In this document: piece after piece, positions 16,883 through 24,751 of the stretch
How the letters are laid out: each line of letters begins with the position of its first letter
Position numbering within the stretch: position 1 is the stretch's first letter
Source: an uncultured Actinomycetes bacterium
GTDB taxonomy: Bacteria > Actinomycetota > Actinomycetes > S36-B12 > CAIYMF01
DNA length: 32,000 bases
Assembly (NCBI GenBank): GCA_963843975.1
Contig: CAWJMG010000003.1
Span: forward strand, 330,001-362,000
Direction: 5' to 3'
Made by a program: the position numbers and the translations under genes
Notes under the pieces: generated by a model
Seen by the model: the letters and a program-made list of their open reading frames with translations, nothing else
What the model was told of the DNA's origin: nothing
The model's database searches: none

Positions 16883-17056
16883 GCCGGTCCCTCCGCGTCG
16901 ACCAGGAGGCGTCCCGGGCTCGCGTCCTGCCCGAGGGGTTCCGCGGCCGGCAGCCCGCCATGTTCTGGACCTGATCCAGCCTGGCGGGCCCCCACTGCTG
17001 CAAACGGGTTACCGCAAACCCTTCAGGCCCCGCGTGCCGCGGTCGAAGAGACGGGT

Positions 17057-18556
17057 ATGGGAGAGGTCCGGTTCTTCCGGGCCGTCCAGGGCGGACGCGA
17101 GTGGCTGTTCGCGTACCTGGACGGCCCTGACGCCGTGTGGGGCATGGACCGCCTCTCGGGCGAGGAGTGGTGGTACGAGCCCTCCCTCACCGGCTGGCTC
17201 GCGCCGATCATCCGTTCGCGCCTCGCCAGCGGCGTGCCGATCCCGGAGGCCGGGTCCGCCGGCTCCGGGCCGGCCACCGCCGTCCCCGCGGTCGCGCAGC
17301 GCTACGACCTGGCGCTGCACGAGCCGGGGCACGCCGTGCTCGCGGCCCTGCACGCACGGCTCGGTCCGGGGGGTGCCGCGTCCGGAACCGCGGCGCTGAC
17401 CCCGGACCAGGCCGCGCTCGCCAGGGCGTACGTCGGCGAGGTGGACGTCTCTGCCGCGCTCGACCGGCTCAGCAGCCGGTGGCGCGTGCTGCACTCGGTG
17501 CCTGCGGGAGATGCGGGCACGGGCGTCGACCACGTGATCATCGGCCCCGCGGGCGTCTTCACGATCATGAGCCGCAACCACACCGGCGTGCACGTGACCG
17601 TCGCGGGCGACACCGTCGTGGCAGCAGGTCGGCAGGAGAGCTACATCCCCGACGCCCGCCTCGGCGCGCAGCAGGCGCAGACGGCTCTGTCGGCCGACGT
17701 CGCCCTCGCGTCGGCCGTCTTCCCGACCGTCGCCATCGTCGGGGCCTCGCTGCAGGTGTCGCAGTCGCCCGACTACGTCTCGGTGCTCGATGCGACCGGG
17801 ATCGTCGACTGGCTGAGCGCCCTGCCGCCACGCCTCGCCCAGGCCCAGGTGGTGGCGGCGTACGACGTGCTGCGCTGGTCGGACGCCTGGACGCCGTCGG
17901 CGCCGCCGCCGACCGCTCCCGAGTCCACCCGCCTCCTCGCACTGGCCCATGGCCGCCTCACGCCCGGGCAGCCTGTCGCGCCTGCGGTGGTCGCACCCAC
18001 CGGTCGCCGCCAGGCGCCGGCCCCCGGTGCCGTGCCGGTGCAGCTGCCGCCGCCGGGCGTCGCTGCGGAGCCCGCACCCGCGGCCGGACGCCGCTCCCGA
18101 CCCGAGCGGTCGCGTGCGACCACCGGGCCCTCCGACGTTCGCCGCGCGCGCCCGGAGGCCCCGACCGGCGCGCGCTTCCTGACCCCCCGCGCCAAGACCG
18201 TGCTCGCGATCGTGTCGAGCGTGATGCTCTTCCTGCTGATCGCGCCCAGCATCATCGTGGGCGTCCAGCGGGCGATGTCCGAGCCCGACGCCGCCGCCAC
18301 CGAGACCCCGACCGCCTCGCCCGTCGAGCCGGTGGTCGGCGGGCCGTGCACCCCGCCCGACGAGGTGAAGCCCGCCACGGGCGACGTGCTGGCCTGCAAC
18401 CTGGTCAACAGCCGGTGGGCGATCCGCGGCACGGTCGCGGACCTCGGGAAGCCCTGCAAGCCCGTGGACACCCTCGGCTGGGACAGGTCCCGCGACGTCC
18501 CCCTCATCTGCGCGAAGGTCGGGACGAAGCTGGAGTGGAAGCAGCGCAAGGGCTGA
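17057..18556 (+). CDS. Membrane-anchored NERD (nuclease-related) domain protein with unassigned N-terminal region, Pro-rich linker, one TM helix and a 4-Cys extracytoplasmic domain
   Basis: NERD core VGEVDVSAALDRLSSRWRVLHSVPAGDAGTGVDHVIIGPAGVFTIMSRNHTG (aa ~126-177). Pro/Ala-rich stretch at aa 280-375. TM helix TVLAIVSSVMLFLLIAPSIIVGV. The C-terminal ~70 aa hold two PC-x15-17-C-x7-8-W half-repeats. No in-frame alternative start lies upstream, where codon quality collapses. Confidence 0.75.
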   Translation: MGEVRFFRAVQGGREWLFAYLDGPDAVWGMDRLSGEEWWYEPSLTGWLAPIIRSRLASGVPIPEAGSAGSGPATAVPAVAQRYDLALHEPGHAVLAALHARLGPGGAASGTAALTPDQAALARAYVGEVDVSAALDRLSSRWRVLHSVPAGDAGTGVDHVIIGPAGVFTIMSRNHTGVHVTVAGDTVVAAGRQESYIPDARLGAQQAQTALSADVALASAVFPTVAIVGASLQVSQSPDYVSVLDATGIVDWLSALPPRLAQAQVVAAYDVLRWSDAWTPSAPPPTAPESTRLLALAHGRLTPGQPVAPAVVAPTGRRQAPAPGAVPVQLPPPGVAAEPAPAAGRRSRPERSRATTGPSDVRRARPEAPTGARFLTPRAKTVLAIVSSVMLFLLIAPSIIVGVQRAMSEPDAAATETPTASPVEPVVGGPCTPPDEVKPATGDVLACNLVNSRWAIRGTVADLGKPCKPVDTLGWDRSRDVPLICAKVGTKLEWKQRKG

Positions 18557-18566
18557 TCCGGCGCCG

Positions 18567-18582
18567 CTGACCGGCCGGTCAG
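18567..18582 (+). terminator. Perfect 16-nt palindrome CTGACCGGCCGGTCAG just after the NERD gene stop
   Basis: Self-complementary sequence 11 nt downstream of the TGA at 18556. No U-tract, so terminator function is only suggested. Confidence 0.3.
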
Positions 18583-18625
18583 GAAAAGTCGCGCCGCGCG
18601 CGTCGTTCGCACGCGAACGGGCCAT

Positions 18626-20365
18626 GTGGCGGAGCAAGATGTCGGCGTGACGACGACGTCCGCACCCCAGCCCCTGCCCTCCGACCTCGACATCGCCCGC
18701 GCCGCGCAGCTGCGGCCGCTGGAGGAGGTGGCTGCGGGCACCGGCCTGCGGCCCGACCATCTCGAGCCGTACGGCCGCAGCGTCGCGAAGGTCTCGCTCG
18801 CCGCGGCGCACGACCTCGCCGACCGGCCGCAGGCGACGTACGTGCTCGTCACCGCGATCACGCCGACACCGCTGGGGGAGGGCAAGACCACCACGGCGGT
18901 CGGGCTCACCCAGGGCCTCGTCGCGCGCGGGCACCGGGCCACGGTGGCGCTGCGGCAGCCGAGCATGGGGCCGACGTTCGGCATCAAGGGCGGCGCGGCC
19001 GGCGGCGGCTACAGCCAGGTCGTGCCGATGGAGACGATGAACCTCCACCTCACCGGCGACTTCCACGCCGTGACCGCTGCGCACAACCTGCTCGCCGCGA
19101 TGGTCGACAACCACCTGCACCACGGCAACGAGCTCGGCATCGACCCGCACAGCGTCGCGTGGCGCCGGGTGCTCGACGTCAACGACCGCGCGCTGCGCAA
19201 CGTCGTGGTCGGCCTCGGCGCGCGGATGGACGGCGTACCCCGCCAGGGCGGGTTCGACATCACCGCGGCCAGCGAGGTGATGGTGATCCTCAGCCTCGCC
19301 ACCGATCTCTCCGATCTGCGGGCCCGCCTCGGCCGGATCGTCGTCGCCTACTCGTTCGAGGGCGAGCCGATCACAGCCGAGCAGCTGAAGGCCGCAGGCT
19401 CGATGGCGGTGATCCTCAAGGACGCGCTCGCCCCGAACCTGCTCCAGACGCTCGAGGGCGGCCCTGCGCTCGTGCACACCGGCCCGTTCGGCAACATCGC
19501 GACCGGCAACTCCAGCGTGATCGCCGACCTCATCGGCTCGCGGATGGGCGACTACCTCGTCACCGAGGCCGGGTTCGGCTCGGACATGGGCGCCGAGCGG
19601 TTCTTCGACGTGAAGTGCCGCGTGAGCGGGCTGCGTCCGGACGTCGCGGTGCTCGTGGCGACGGTCCGCGCGCTCAAGGCGCACAGCGGGCGCTTCACCG
19701 TCACGCCCGGCAAGCCGCTGCCGCCGGAGATGCTGGCGGAGAACCCGGACGACGTCCGGGCAGGCGCCGCCAACCTCGCCCACCACATCGAGATCCTGCG
19801 CTCGTTCGGCGTCTCGCCCGTCGTGGCGATGAACGCGTTCCCCGGCGACCACGACTCCGAGCACGACGTCGTGCGCGAGATCGCCGAGGCCGCGGGTGCG
19901 CGGTTCGCCATCTCGCGGCACGTCGCGTTCGGCGGCAAGGGCGCGATGCCCCTGGTCGAGGCCGTCGAGGAGGCCGCAGCCGAGCCGACCGACTTCCGCT
20001 ACGCCTACGACCTCGACGAGCCGCTCGTCGACAAGATCACCGACGTCGCGCGCGACATCTACGGCGCCACGGGCATCGACCTCAGCCCGGCGGCGAAGAA
20101 GGGCTTGGAGCAGTTCGAGGCCCTGGGGTACGGCGAGTTCCCGGTGATCATCGCCAAGACGCACCTGTCGATCTCGTCCGACCCGACGCTGCTCGGCGCC
20201 CCGCGCGGCTGGCGCATGCCGGTGCGCGAGGTGCGGGTCGCTGCGGGTGCAGGCTACGTGTACGCGATCGCCGGCGACATGCGTACGATGCCGGGCCTCG
20301 CCAAGCACCCCGCCGCCGAGCGCATCGACCTCGACGCCGACGGCAACATCACCGGCCTGAGCTGA
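18626..20365 (+). CDS. fhs: Formate-tetrahydrofolate ligase
   Basis: PSDLDIARAAQLRPLEEVA, TAITPTPLGEGKTTTAVGL, PSMGPTFGIKGGAAGGGYSQVVPME, NLHLTGDFHA, HTGPFGNIATGNSS, FPVIIAKTHLSIS. The start is uncertain (GTG 18626 or GTG 18647). Confidence 0.92.
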   Translation: MAEQDVGVTTTSAPQPLPSDLDIARAAQLRPLEEVAAGTGLRPDHLEPYGRSVAKVSLAAAHDLADRPQATYVLVTAITPTPLGEGKTTTAVGLTQGLVARGHRATVALRQPSMGPTFGIKGGAAGGGYSQVVPMETMNLHLTGDFHAVTAAHNLLAAMVDNHLHHGNELGIDPHSVAWRRVLDVNDRALRNVVVGLGARMDGVPRQGGFDITAASEVMVILSLATDLSDLRARLGRIVVAYSFEGEPITAEQLKAAGSMAVILKDALAPNLLQTLEGGPALVHTGPFGNIATGNSSVIADLIGSRMGDYLVTEAGFGSDMGAERFFDVKCRVSGLRPDVAVLVATVRALKAHSGRFTVTPGKPLPPEMLAENPDDVRAGAANLAHHIEILRSFGVSPVVAMNAFPGDHDSEHDVVREIAEAAGARFAISRHVAFGGKGAMPLVEAVEEAAAEPTDFRYAYDLDEPLVDKITDVARDIYGATGIDLSPAAKKGLEQFEALGYGEFPVIIAKTHLSISSDPTLLGAPRGWRMPVREVRVAAGAGYVYAIAGDMRTMPGLAKHPAAERIDLDADGNITGLS

Positions 20366-20376
20366 CCCTCCGCTCG

Positions 20377-20427
20377 CACTGACCAATCCGTCGTTTCCCG
20401 GCCCGGGAAACGACGGATCGGTCAGTG
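20377..20427. terminator. Long hairpin (24 of 25 bp paired) between convergent fhs and the MoaD/ThiS-like gene; bidirectional terminator candidate
   Basis: CACTGACCAATCCGTCGTTTCCCGG / CCGGGAAACGACGGATCGGTCAGTG with a single A-C mismatch. It starts 12 nt after the fhs stop and ends adjacent to the stop (20428-20430) of the minus-strand gene. No U-tract. Confidence 0.7.
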
Positions 20428-20721
20428 TCAGCGTGGGGGTGAGCCGCCGGCGACGCTGGGCAGGATCCACACCTCGGCGCCGTCGGCGAGCGGCGTGGCC
20501 TGTCCGTCGAGATGGCGGACGTCGTCGTCGCCGACGTACACGTTGACGAAGCGGCGCAGGTCGCCCCGCTCGTCACGGACGCGCCGCTCGAGCGCGGGGT
20601 GCGACGCCGCAAGGGCGTCGAACAGCGCACGCACGGAGGCCGGTGCCGGATCGACGTCCAGCACCCGCTCGCCGCCCGCGACGTCGGCGAGCACCGTCGG
20701 CAGGCGCAGCGTGACCGCCAC
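20428..20721 (-). CDS. MoaD/ThiS-family beta-grasp (sulfur-carrier-like) protein with 4-residue extension after the GG motif
   Basis: 97 aa. MAVTLRLPTVLADVAGGERVLDV ... VNVYVGDDDVRHLDGQATPLADGAEVWILPSVAGG-SPPR has the typical length and C-terminal layout of MoaD/ThiS/CysO. The GTG start at 20721 immediately follows the upstream gene's stop. Confidence 0.8.
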   Translation of the reverse strand: MAVTLRLPTVLADVAGGERVLDVDPAPASVRALFDALAASHPALERRVRDERGDLRRFVNVYVGDDDVRHLDGQATPLADGAEVWILPSVAGGSPPR

Positions 20722-21798
20722 TCACACCTCCGCGGCGCGCACCGACAGCACGTCGGGCAGGTGCTCGGCGAGCACGGAGTAGGTGTCGCCCTCGTCGGCG
20801 CTCGCGTACACGCAGCCGTCACGGGTCCCGAGGTAGACGCCGGTGGGCTCGGCGAGGTCGACGCACGCGGCGTCGCGCAGCACGACGGTCCACACGTCGT
20901 CGGGAAGCCCCGGGCCGAGCTCGGTCCAGGTACCGCCGCCGTCGCGGGTGCGGTGCACGCGCATGCGCCCGTCGACGGGGAACCGCTGCTCGTCGGCGAC
21001 CAGCGGCATCACCCACGCCGTTCCGGGCGTGCGCGGCGAAGCGAGCACGAAGAAGCCGAAGTCGCTCGGCAGCCCGTCGGCGATGGAGCTCCACTGCAGC
21101 CCGCCGTCGTCGGTGCGGTAGACGCCGTGGTGGTTCTGCGCGTACATGACCGACGGGCCGGCGGCGTCGACGGCGACCTTGTGCACGCACTGGCCGAACT
21201 CCGGATAGGGGTCGGGCATGAACTTCACGTGGATGCCCTTGTTGCGCGGCGTCCATCCCGTGGCGCCGTCGCCGGAGACGTAGACGCCGCCGGTGCTCAT
21301 CGCGACGGTGACGCGGTCGGACGACGGGTCGGGGACGATCGTGTGCACGGCGGCACCGCCGAACCCCGGCGCCCACTGCGGGCGGTGCGGGTGGTCCCAC
21401 AGGTCGCGGACGAGCGAGAAGGTCTCGCCGCCATCCTCGCTGCGCCACAGCGACGTCGGCTCGCACCCGGCCCACACCACGCCGGGACGGTCGGCGGTGT
21501 CGGGCTGGATCTGCCACACGCGCCCGAGCGAGGCGCCGGTGTCCTCGGGGAACGAGATGGCGCGGTTCTCGGTCTCATGCCAGGTGGCGCCGAGGTCGTC
21601 CGACCACGCGATGGTCGGCCCCCAGTGCCACGACATGACGCCGGCGATGATGCGGGGGCGGTCGCCGCGGGTGTCGACCGCGACCGACGCGACCTCCTGC
21701 ATGGGGAAGTGCGGACCGTCGGCGGTCCACGTGCGGCGGTCTTCGGACTTCAGCAGCCAGAGCCCCTTGCGGGTCCCGACGGCGACGACGTGAGTCAT
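20722..21798 (-). CDS. Cytoplasmic BNR/Asp-box repeat beta-propeller protein (sialidase/Ycf48-like fold), function unknown
   Basis: 358 aa with no signal peptide. Asp-boxes SDDLGATW, SEDGGETF, SGDGATGW, TDDGGLQW, TRDGGGTW, SADEGDTY, plus a degenerate SEDRRTW. ATG 21798 is preceded by GGGAGGGA. Confidence 0.8.
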   Translation of the reverse strand: MTHVVAVGTRKGLWLLKSEDRRTWTADGPHFPMQEVASVAVDTRGDRPRIIAGVMSWHWGPTIAWSDDLGATWHETENRAISFPEDTGASLGRVWQIQPDTADRPGVVWAGCEPTSLWRSEDGGETFSLVRDLWDHPHRPQWAPGFGGAAVHTIVPDPSSDRVTVAMSTGGVYVSGDGATGWTPRNKGIHVKFMPDPYPEFGQCVHKVAVDAAGPSVMYAQNHHGVYRTDDGGLQWSSIADGLPSDFGFFVLASPRTPGTAWVMPLVADEQRFPVDGRMRVHRTRDGGGTWTELGPGLPDDVWTVVLRDAACVDLAEPTGVYLGTRDGCVYASADEGDTYSVLAEHLPDVLSVRAAEV

Positions 21799-21869
21799 GG
21801 TGATCCCTCCCGAGAGCGAGGATCACGACGCTAGACCGCCCCGCCGACAACGGGAAGGCCCTGCAGCGG

Positions 21870-23504
21870 TCAGATCAGCGTGTCGTGGACGACGCGTCCG
21901 TTGGCCACGGTGAGCTCGACCTTCGCGTCGCCGATCGGGCCGGCGTCGAGGGCGAACAGGTCGCGGTCGATCACGACGAGGTCGGCGCGCTTGCCGACCT
22001 CGAGCGTGCCGGCGTCGGCGTCGTCGTGGTTGACGTACGCCGACCCGCTCGTGAAGCCCGCGATCGCCTCGGCCAGCGTGATCGCCTGGTGCGGCAGGAA
22101 CGGCGCGCGGTCGCGGCTCTCCGGCCCGACGCGCGTGACGGCGACCTCCATCTGCTGGAGGGGGTCGGCGGTCGAGACGGGCCAGTCGGAGCCCATCGAG
22201 AGGACGGCGCCGCTGCGCGCGAGGTCGCCGAACGGGTACATCTGGTCGACCCGCTCCTGGCCGAGGAACGGCACCGTCAGTTCGTCCATCTGCGCGTCGC
22301 TCTGCGCCCAGAGCGTCTGGCAGTTCGCGATGGCATCGAGCTCGCGGAAGCGCTGCAGGTCGTCCGGGTGCACGACCTGCACGTGCGCGAGGTGGTGCCG
22401 GAGGTCGTGCCGGCCGTGCACGGCGATCGCGTGCTCGAGGGCGTCGAGGGCGAGCCGCACCGCGCGGTCGCCGATCGTGTGCAGGTGCACCTGGAACCCG
22501 AGCCCGGTGAGCTGGTCGAGCGCGGCGTTCAGCACCTCCGGCTCGATGAACTGCAGGCCGGCGTTGTCGGTGTGACCGCCGCACCCGTCGCAGTAGGGCG
22601 CCAGCAGCGAGCCGGTGTAGTTCTCGAGCACGCCGTCGGTCATCATCTTGATCGTCGTCGGGAAGAAGCGGCCGCCGCGGCCGCGCTCGCGCTGCTCGAC
22701 GAACTCGGGGATCTGCTCGACGCCGCGGTGGCGGTCCCACCACAGCGCGCCGACGACACGGGCAGTGAGCAGCTCCTCGGCCGCGAGCTCGGCGTACGCC
22801 TCGAGGGTCTCGGGCGTCACCCAGGCGTCCTGCCACCCGGTGATGCCGAGCGAGTGCAGGTACTCCTGGGCATTGAGGATCGCGGCCTTCCACTCCTCCT
22901 TGTCGGGCTTGGGCACCCAGCGATCCTCGAAGGAGTACGCCGCCCCCTCGTGCAGCATGCCCGTGAGCCTGCCCTCGGCGTCGCGCTCGTAGCGGCCGTC
23001 CGACGGGTCGGCGACGGAGTCGTCGATGCCTGCGATCTCGAGCGCCTTGCTGTTGACCCAGGCTCCGTGGGTGTCCTTGTTGAACAGGAACACGGGGCGG
23101 TCGGGCACGATCGCGTCGAGGTCGTCCTTGTGCGGGTTGCCGCCGGGGAAGAACTCCATGGCCCAGCCGCCCCCCTTGATCCACTCGCGGTCGGGGTGGG
23201 CCTCGGCGTAGGCCTTGATCTCGGCGAGGTAGTTCTCCCGCCCGTGCGTGTCGAGGAGGTAGAGGTGCAAGCGGTTGCGCCCGGCGAAGGGCGCGTGGAT
23301 GTGCGCGTCCTGGAACCCCGCGGTCACGAGCTTCCCGGCAGCGTCGACCACGCGCGTCGCCGGGCCGACCAGCTCCTGCATCTCCTCGGCCGTCCCGACG
23401 GCGACGATGCGGTTGCCGCGTACAGCGATCCCTCGGGCCCAGCTGCGGACGGCGTCGCCGGTGTAGACGTTGCCGAGGACCACGAGGTCGGCGGGCGTGG
23501 GCAT
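21870..23504 (-). CDS. Metal-dependent amidohydrolase (Amidohydro_3 / YtcJ-like), 544 aa
   Basis: Start MPTPADLVVLGNVYTGD at ATG 23504, preceded by AGGAGA. GFQDAHIHAPF (HxH metal site), and a later HLHTIGDRAV and HLAHVQVV. The upstream part of track ORF 21870..23666 is non-coding. Confidence 0.85.
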   Translation of the reverse strand: MPTPADLVVLGNVYTGDAVRSWARGIAVRGNRIVAVGTAEEMQELVGPATRVVDAAGKLVTAGFQDAHIHAPFAGRNRLHLYLLDTHGRENYLAEIKAYAEAHPDREWIKGGGWAMEFFPGGNPHKDDLDAIVPDRPVFLFNKDTHGAWVNSKALEIAGIDDSVADPSDGRYERDAEGRLTGMLHEGAAYSFEDRWVPKPDKEEWKAAILNAQEYLHSLGITGWQDAWVTPETLEAYAELAAEELLTARVVGALWWDRHRGVEQIPEFVEQRERGRGGRFFPTTIKMMTDGVLENYTGSLLAPYCDGCGGHTDNAGLQFIEPEVLNAALDQLTGLGFQVHLHTIGDRAVRLALDALEHAIAVHGRHDLRHHLAHVQVVHPDDLQRFRELDAIANCQTLWAQSDAQMDELTVPFLGQERVDQMYPFGDLARSGAVLSMGSDWPVSTADPLQQMEVAVTRVGPESRDRAPFLPHQAITLAEAIAGFTSGSAYVNHDDADAGTLEVGKRADLVVIDRDLFALDAGPIGDAKVELTVANGRVVHDTLI

Positions 23505-23550
23505 GGCTCTCCTGCGGAAGCGGGTGACGGTGGTGGTCGTGCGGGGGAGG

Positions 23551-23585
23551 GGCGTCCCGGGGCCTGGACGAGGCCCCGGGACGCC
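23551..23585 (-). terminator. 14-bp perfect GC-rich hairpin between the binding-protein gene and the amidohydrolase gene
   Basis: GGCGTCCCGGGGCC (23551-23564) pairs with GGCCCCGGGACGCC (23572-23585) around a 7-nt loop. It lies 24 nt downstream of the potD-like stop on the minus strand. No U-tract. Confidence 0.5.
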
Positions 23586-23608
23586 GAGCGTCGGCAGCGG
23601 TGGCTGCG

Positions 23609-24751
23609 TCAGCTCTTGAACTTCTCCCAGATCTTCGAGTAGTTGTTCGTCGCCGTGGCGTCGCACGGGGCGGCGGGGCCGACCTGGGCGAGCATGTCCT
23701 GCGGGATGACGACCGCGGGGTCGTTCTTCATCTCGTCCGAGAGCAGCTCGTCGACACCCTTGATGCCCGAGTTGTAGCCCTGGAAGTTGGCTGCCTCAGC
23801 TGCGTTCTTCGGGTCCATCCACCAGTTGAGGAAGGTCAGCGCCTGCTGGGTGTTCTCGGCGCCCGACGGGATGGTCCAGTTGTCCTGCCAGAGCGAGGTG
23901 CCGTCCGACGGGTAGACGTACGTGACCGTGGGCTTCTTGAGGATGACGCGGTGCGCAGCGCCGTTCCACATCATCGACATGGTCGCCTCGCCCGAGATCA
24001 TGCGGTCGATGACGCCGTCGCTGTTGATCGTGCCGACGCTCGGCTTGAACCCGACGAGGAGGTCCTGCGCGGCCTGCAGCTTGGCCGGGTCGGTCGAGCA
24101 GACCTCGCCGCCGACCGCGCGCAGGGCGGCGTTGATGCCGTCGACCTGGTCGTTGAAGATGCCGATCTTGCCCTTGGCCTCCGCCGGAGCGGCGAAGTAG
24201 TCGGCCCAGGTCTTCATGTCCTTCTTCACGACGGTGCTGTCGTACGCGTAGCCGGTGGTGCCGTAGAGGTACGGCACCGAGTACTTGCGGCCGTCGTCGA
24301 AGTACGGCTTCAGGAACTCGTCCTTGATGTTTGCGCCGTTCGGCAGCGAGGCGAGGTCGATCGGCTGCACGAGGTTCTCGCGGATGAGGTTCTGGACCAT
24401 GTAGTCCGACGGGACGACGAGGTCGTAGCCCGTGCCGCCCGAGGCCTTGAGCTTGGCCTCGAGGGTCTCGTTCGAGTCGTAGTAGTCGACCGTCAGCTTG
24501 ATGCCGGTCTCCTCGGTGAAGCGCTTCGCCATGTCGGTGGGGAAGTAGTCGCTCCACGTGTACATGCGCAGGTCGCCGCTCGTCGCGGGCACGAACGCCG
24601 CGGGAGCCGAGCTCGAGGCGTCGGTCGAGGGCGCGGCCGTCGTCGACGAGGCGCCGCCGTCGGTCGTGGCACCCCCGCACGCGGACAGGGCGAGCGCGCC
24701 CACCAGGGCCGCGGTGAGCCCGAGCCCACCTCGCAGCTTCGAGGTCTTCAT
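23609..24751 (-). CDS. potD: ABC transporter substrate-binding lipoprotein, PotD/PotF (polyamine-type) family
   Basis: MKTSKLRGGLGLTAALVGALALSACGG (lipobox). YTWSDYFP, YDLVVPSDYMV, YLYGTTGYAY and WNGAAH are typical of the spermidine/putrescine-binding family. ATG 24751 overlaps the upstream stop (ATGA). Confidence 0.82.
   Translation of the reverse strand: MKTSKLRGGLGLTAALVGALALSACGGATTDGGASSTTAAPSTDASSSAPAAFVPATSGDLRMYTWSDYFPTDMAKRFTEETGIKLTVDYYDSNETLEAKLKASGGTGYDLVVPSDYMVQNLIRENLVQPIDLASLPNGANIKDEFLKPYFDDGRKYSVPYLYGTTGYAYDSTVVKKDMKTWADYFAAPAEAKGKIGIFNDQVDGINAALRAVGGEVCSTDPAKLQAAQDLLVGFKPSVGTINSDGVIDRMISGEATMSMMWNGAAHRVILKKPTVTYVYPSDGTSLWQDNWTIPSGAENTQQALTFLNWWMDPKNAAEAANFQGYNSGIKGVDELLSDEMKNDPAVVIPQDMLAQVGPAAPCDATATNNYSKIWEKFKS

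Noticed and set aside
16998-17022. Two GCAAAC elements (CTGCAAACGGGTTACCGCAAACCC) upstream of the NERD gene, which resemble the GCAAAC/CGCAAA boxes of c-di-GMP-I (GEMM) riboswitches.
   Set aside because: The boxes are only 8 nt apart, against a full hairpin in GEMM-I. There is no room for the two tetraloop/receptor helices, and the whole spacer is too short.
17318-17332. An HEPGH (HExxH-like, FtsH-style HE-GHA) motif in the N-terminal region of the NERD protein, suggesting a metalloprotease.
   Set aside because: A five-residue motif arises easily by chance. The surrounding ~40 aa are Ala/Gly-rich and too short for a protease fold, with no third ligand motif evident. Noted only as something a profile search could revisit.
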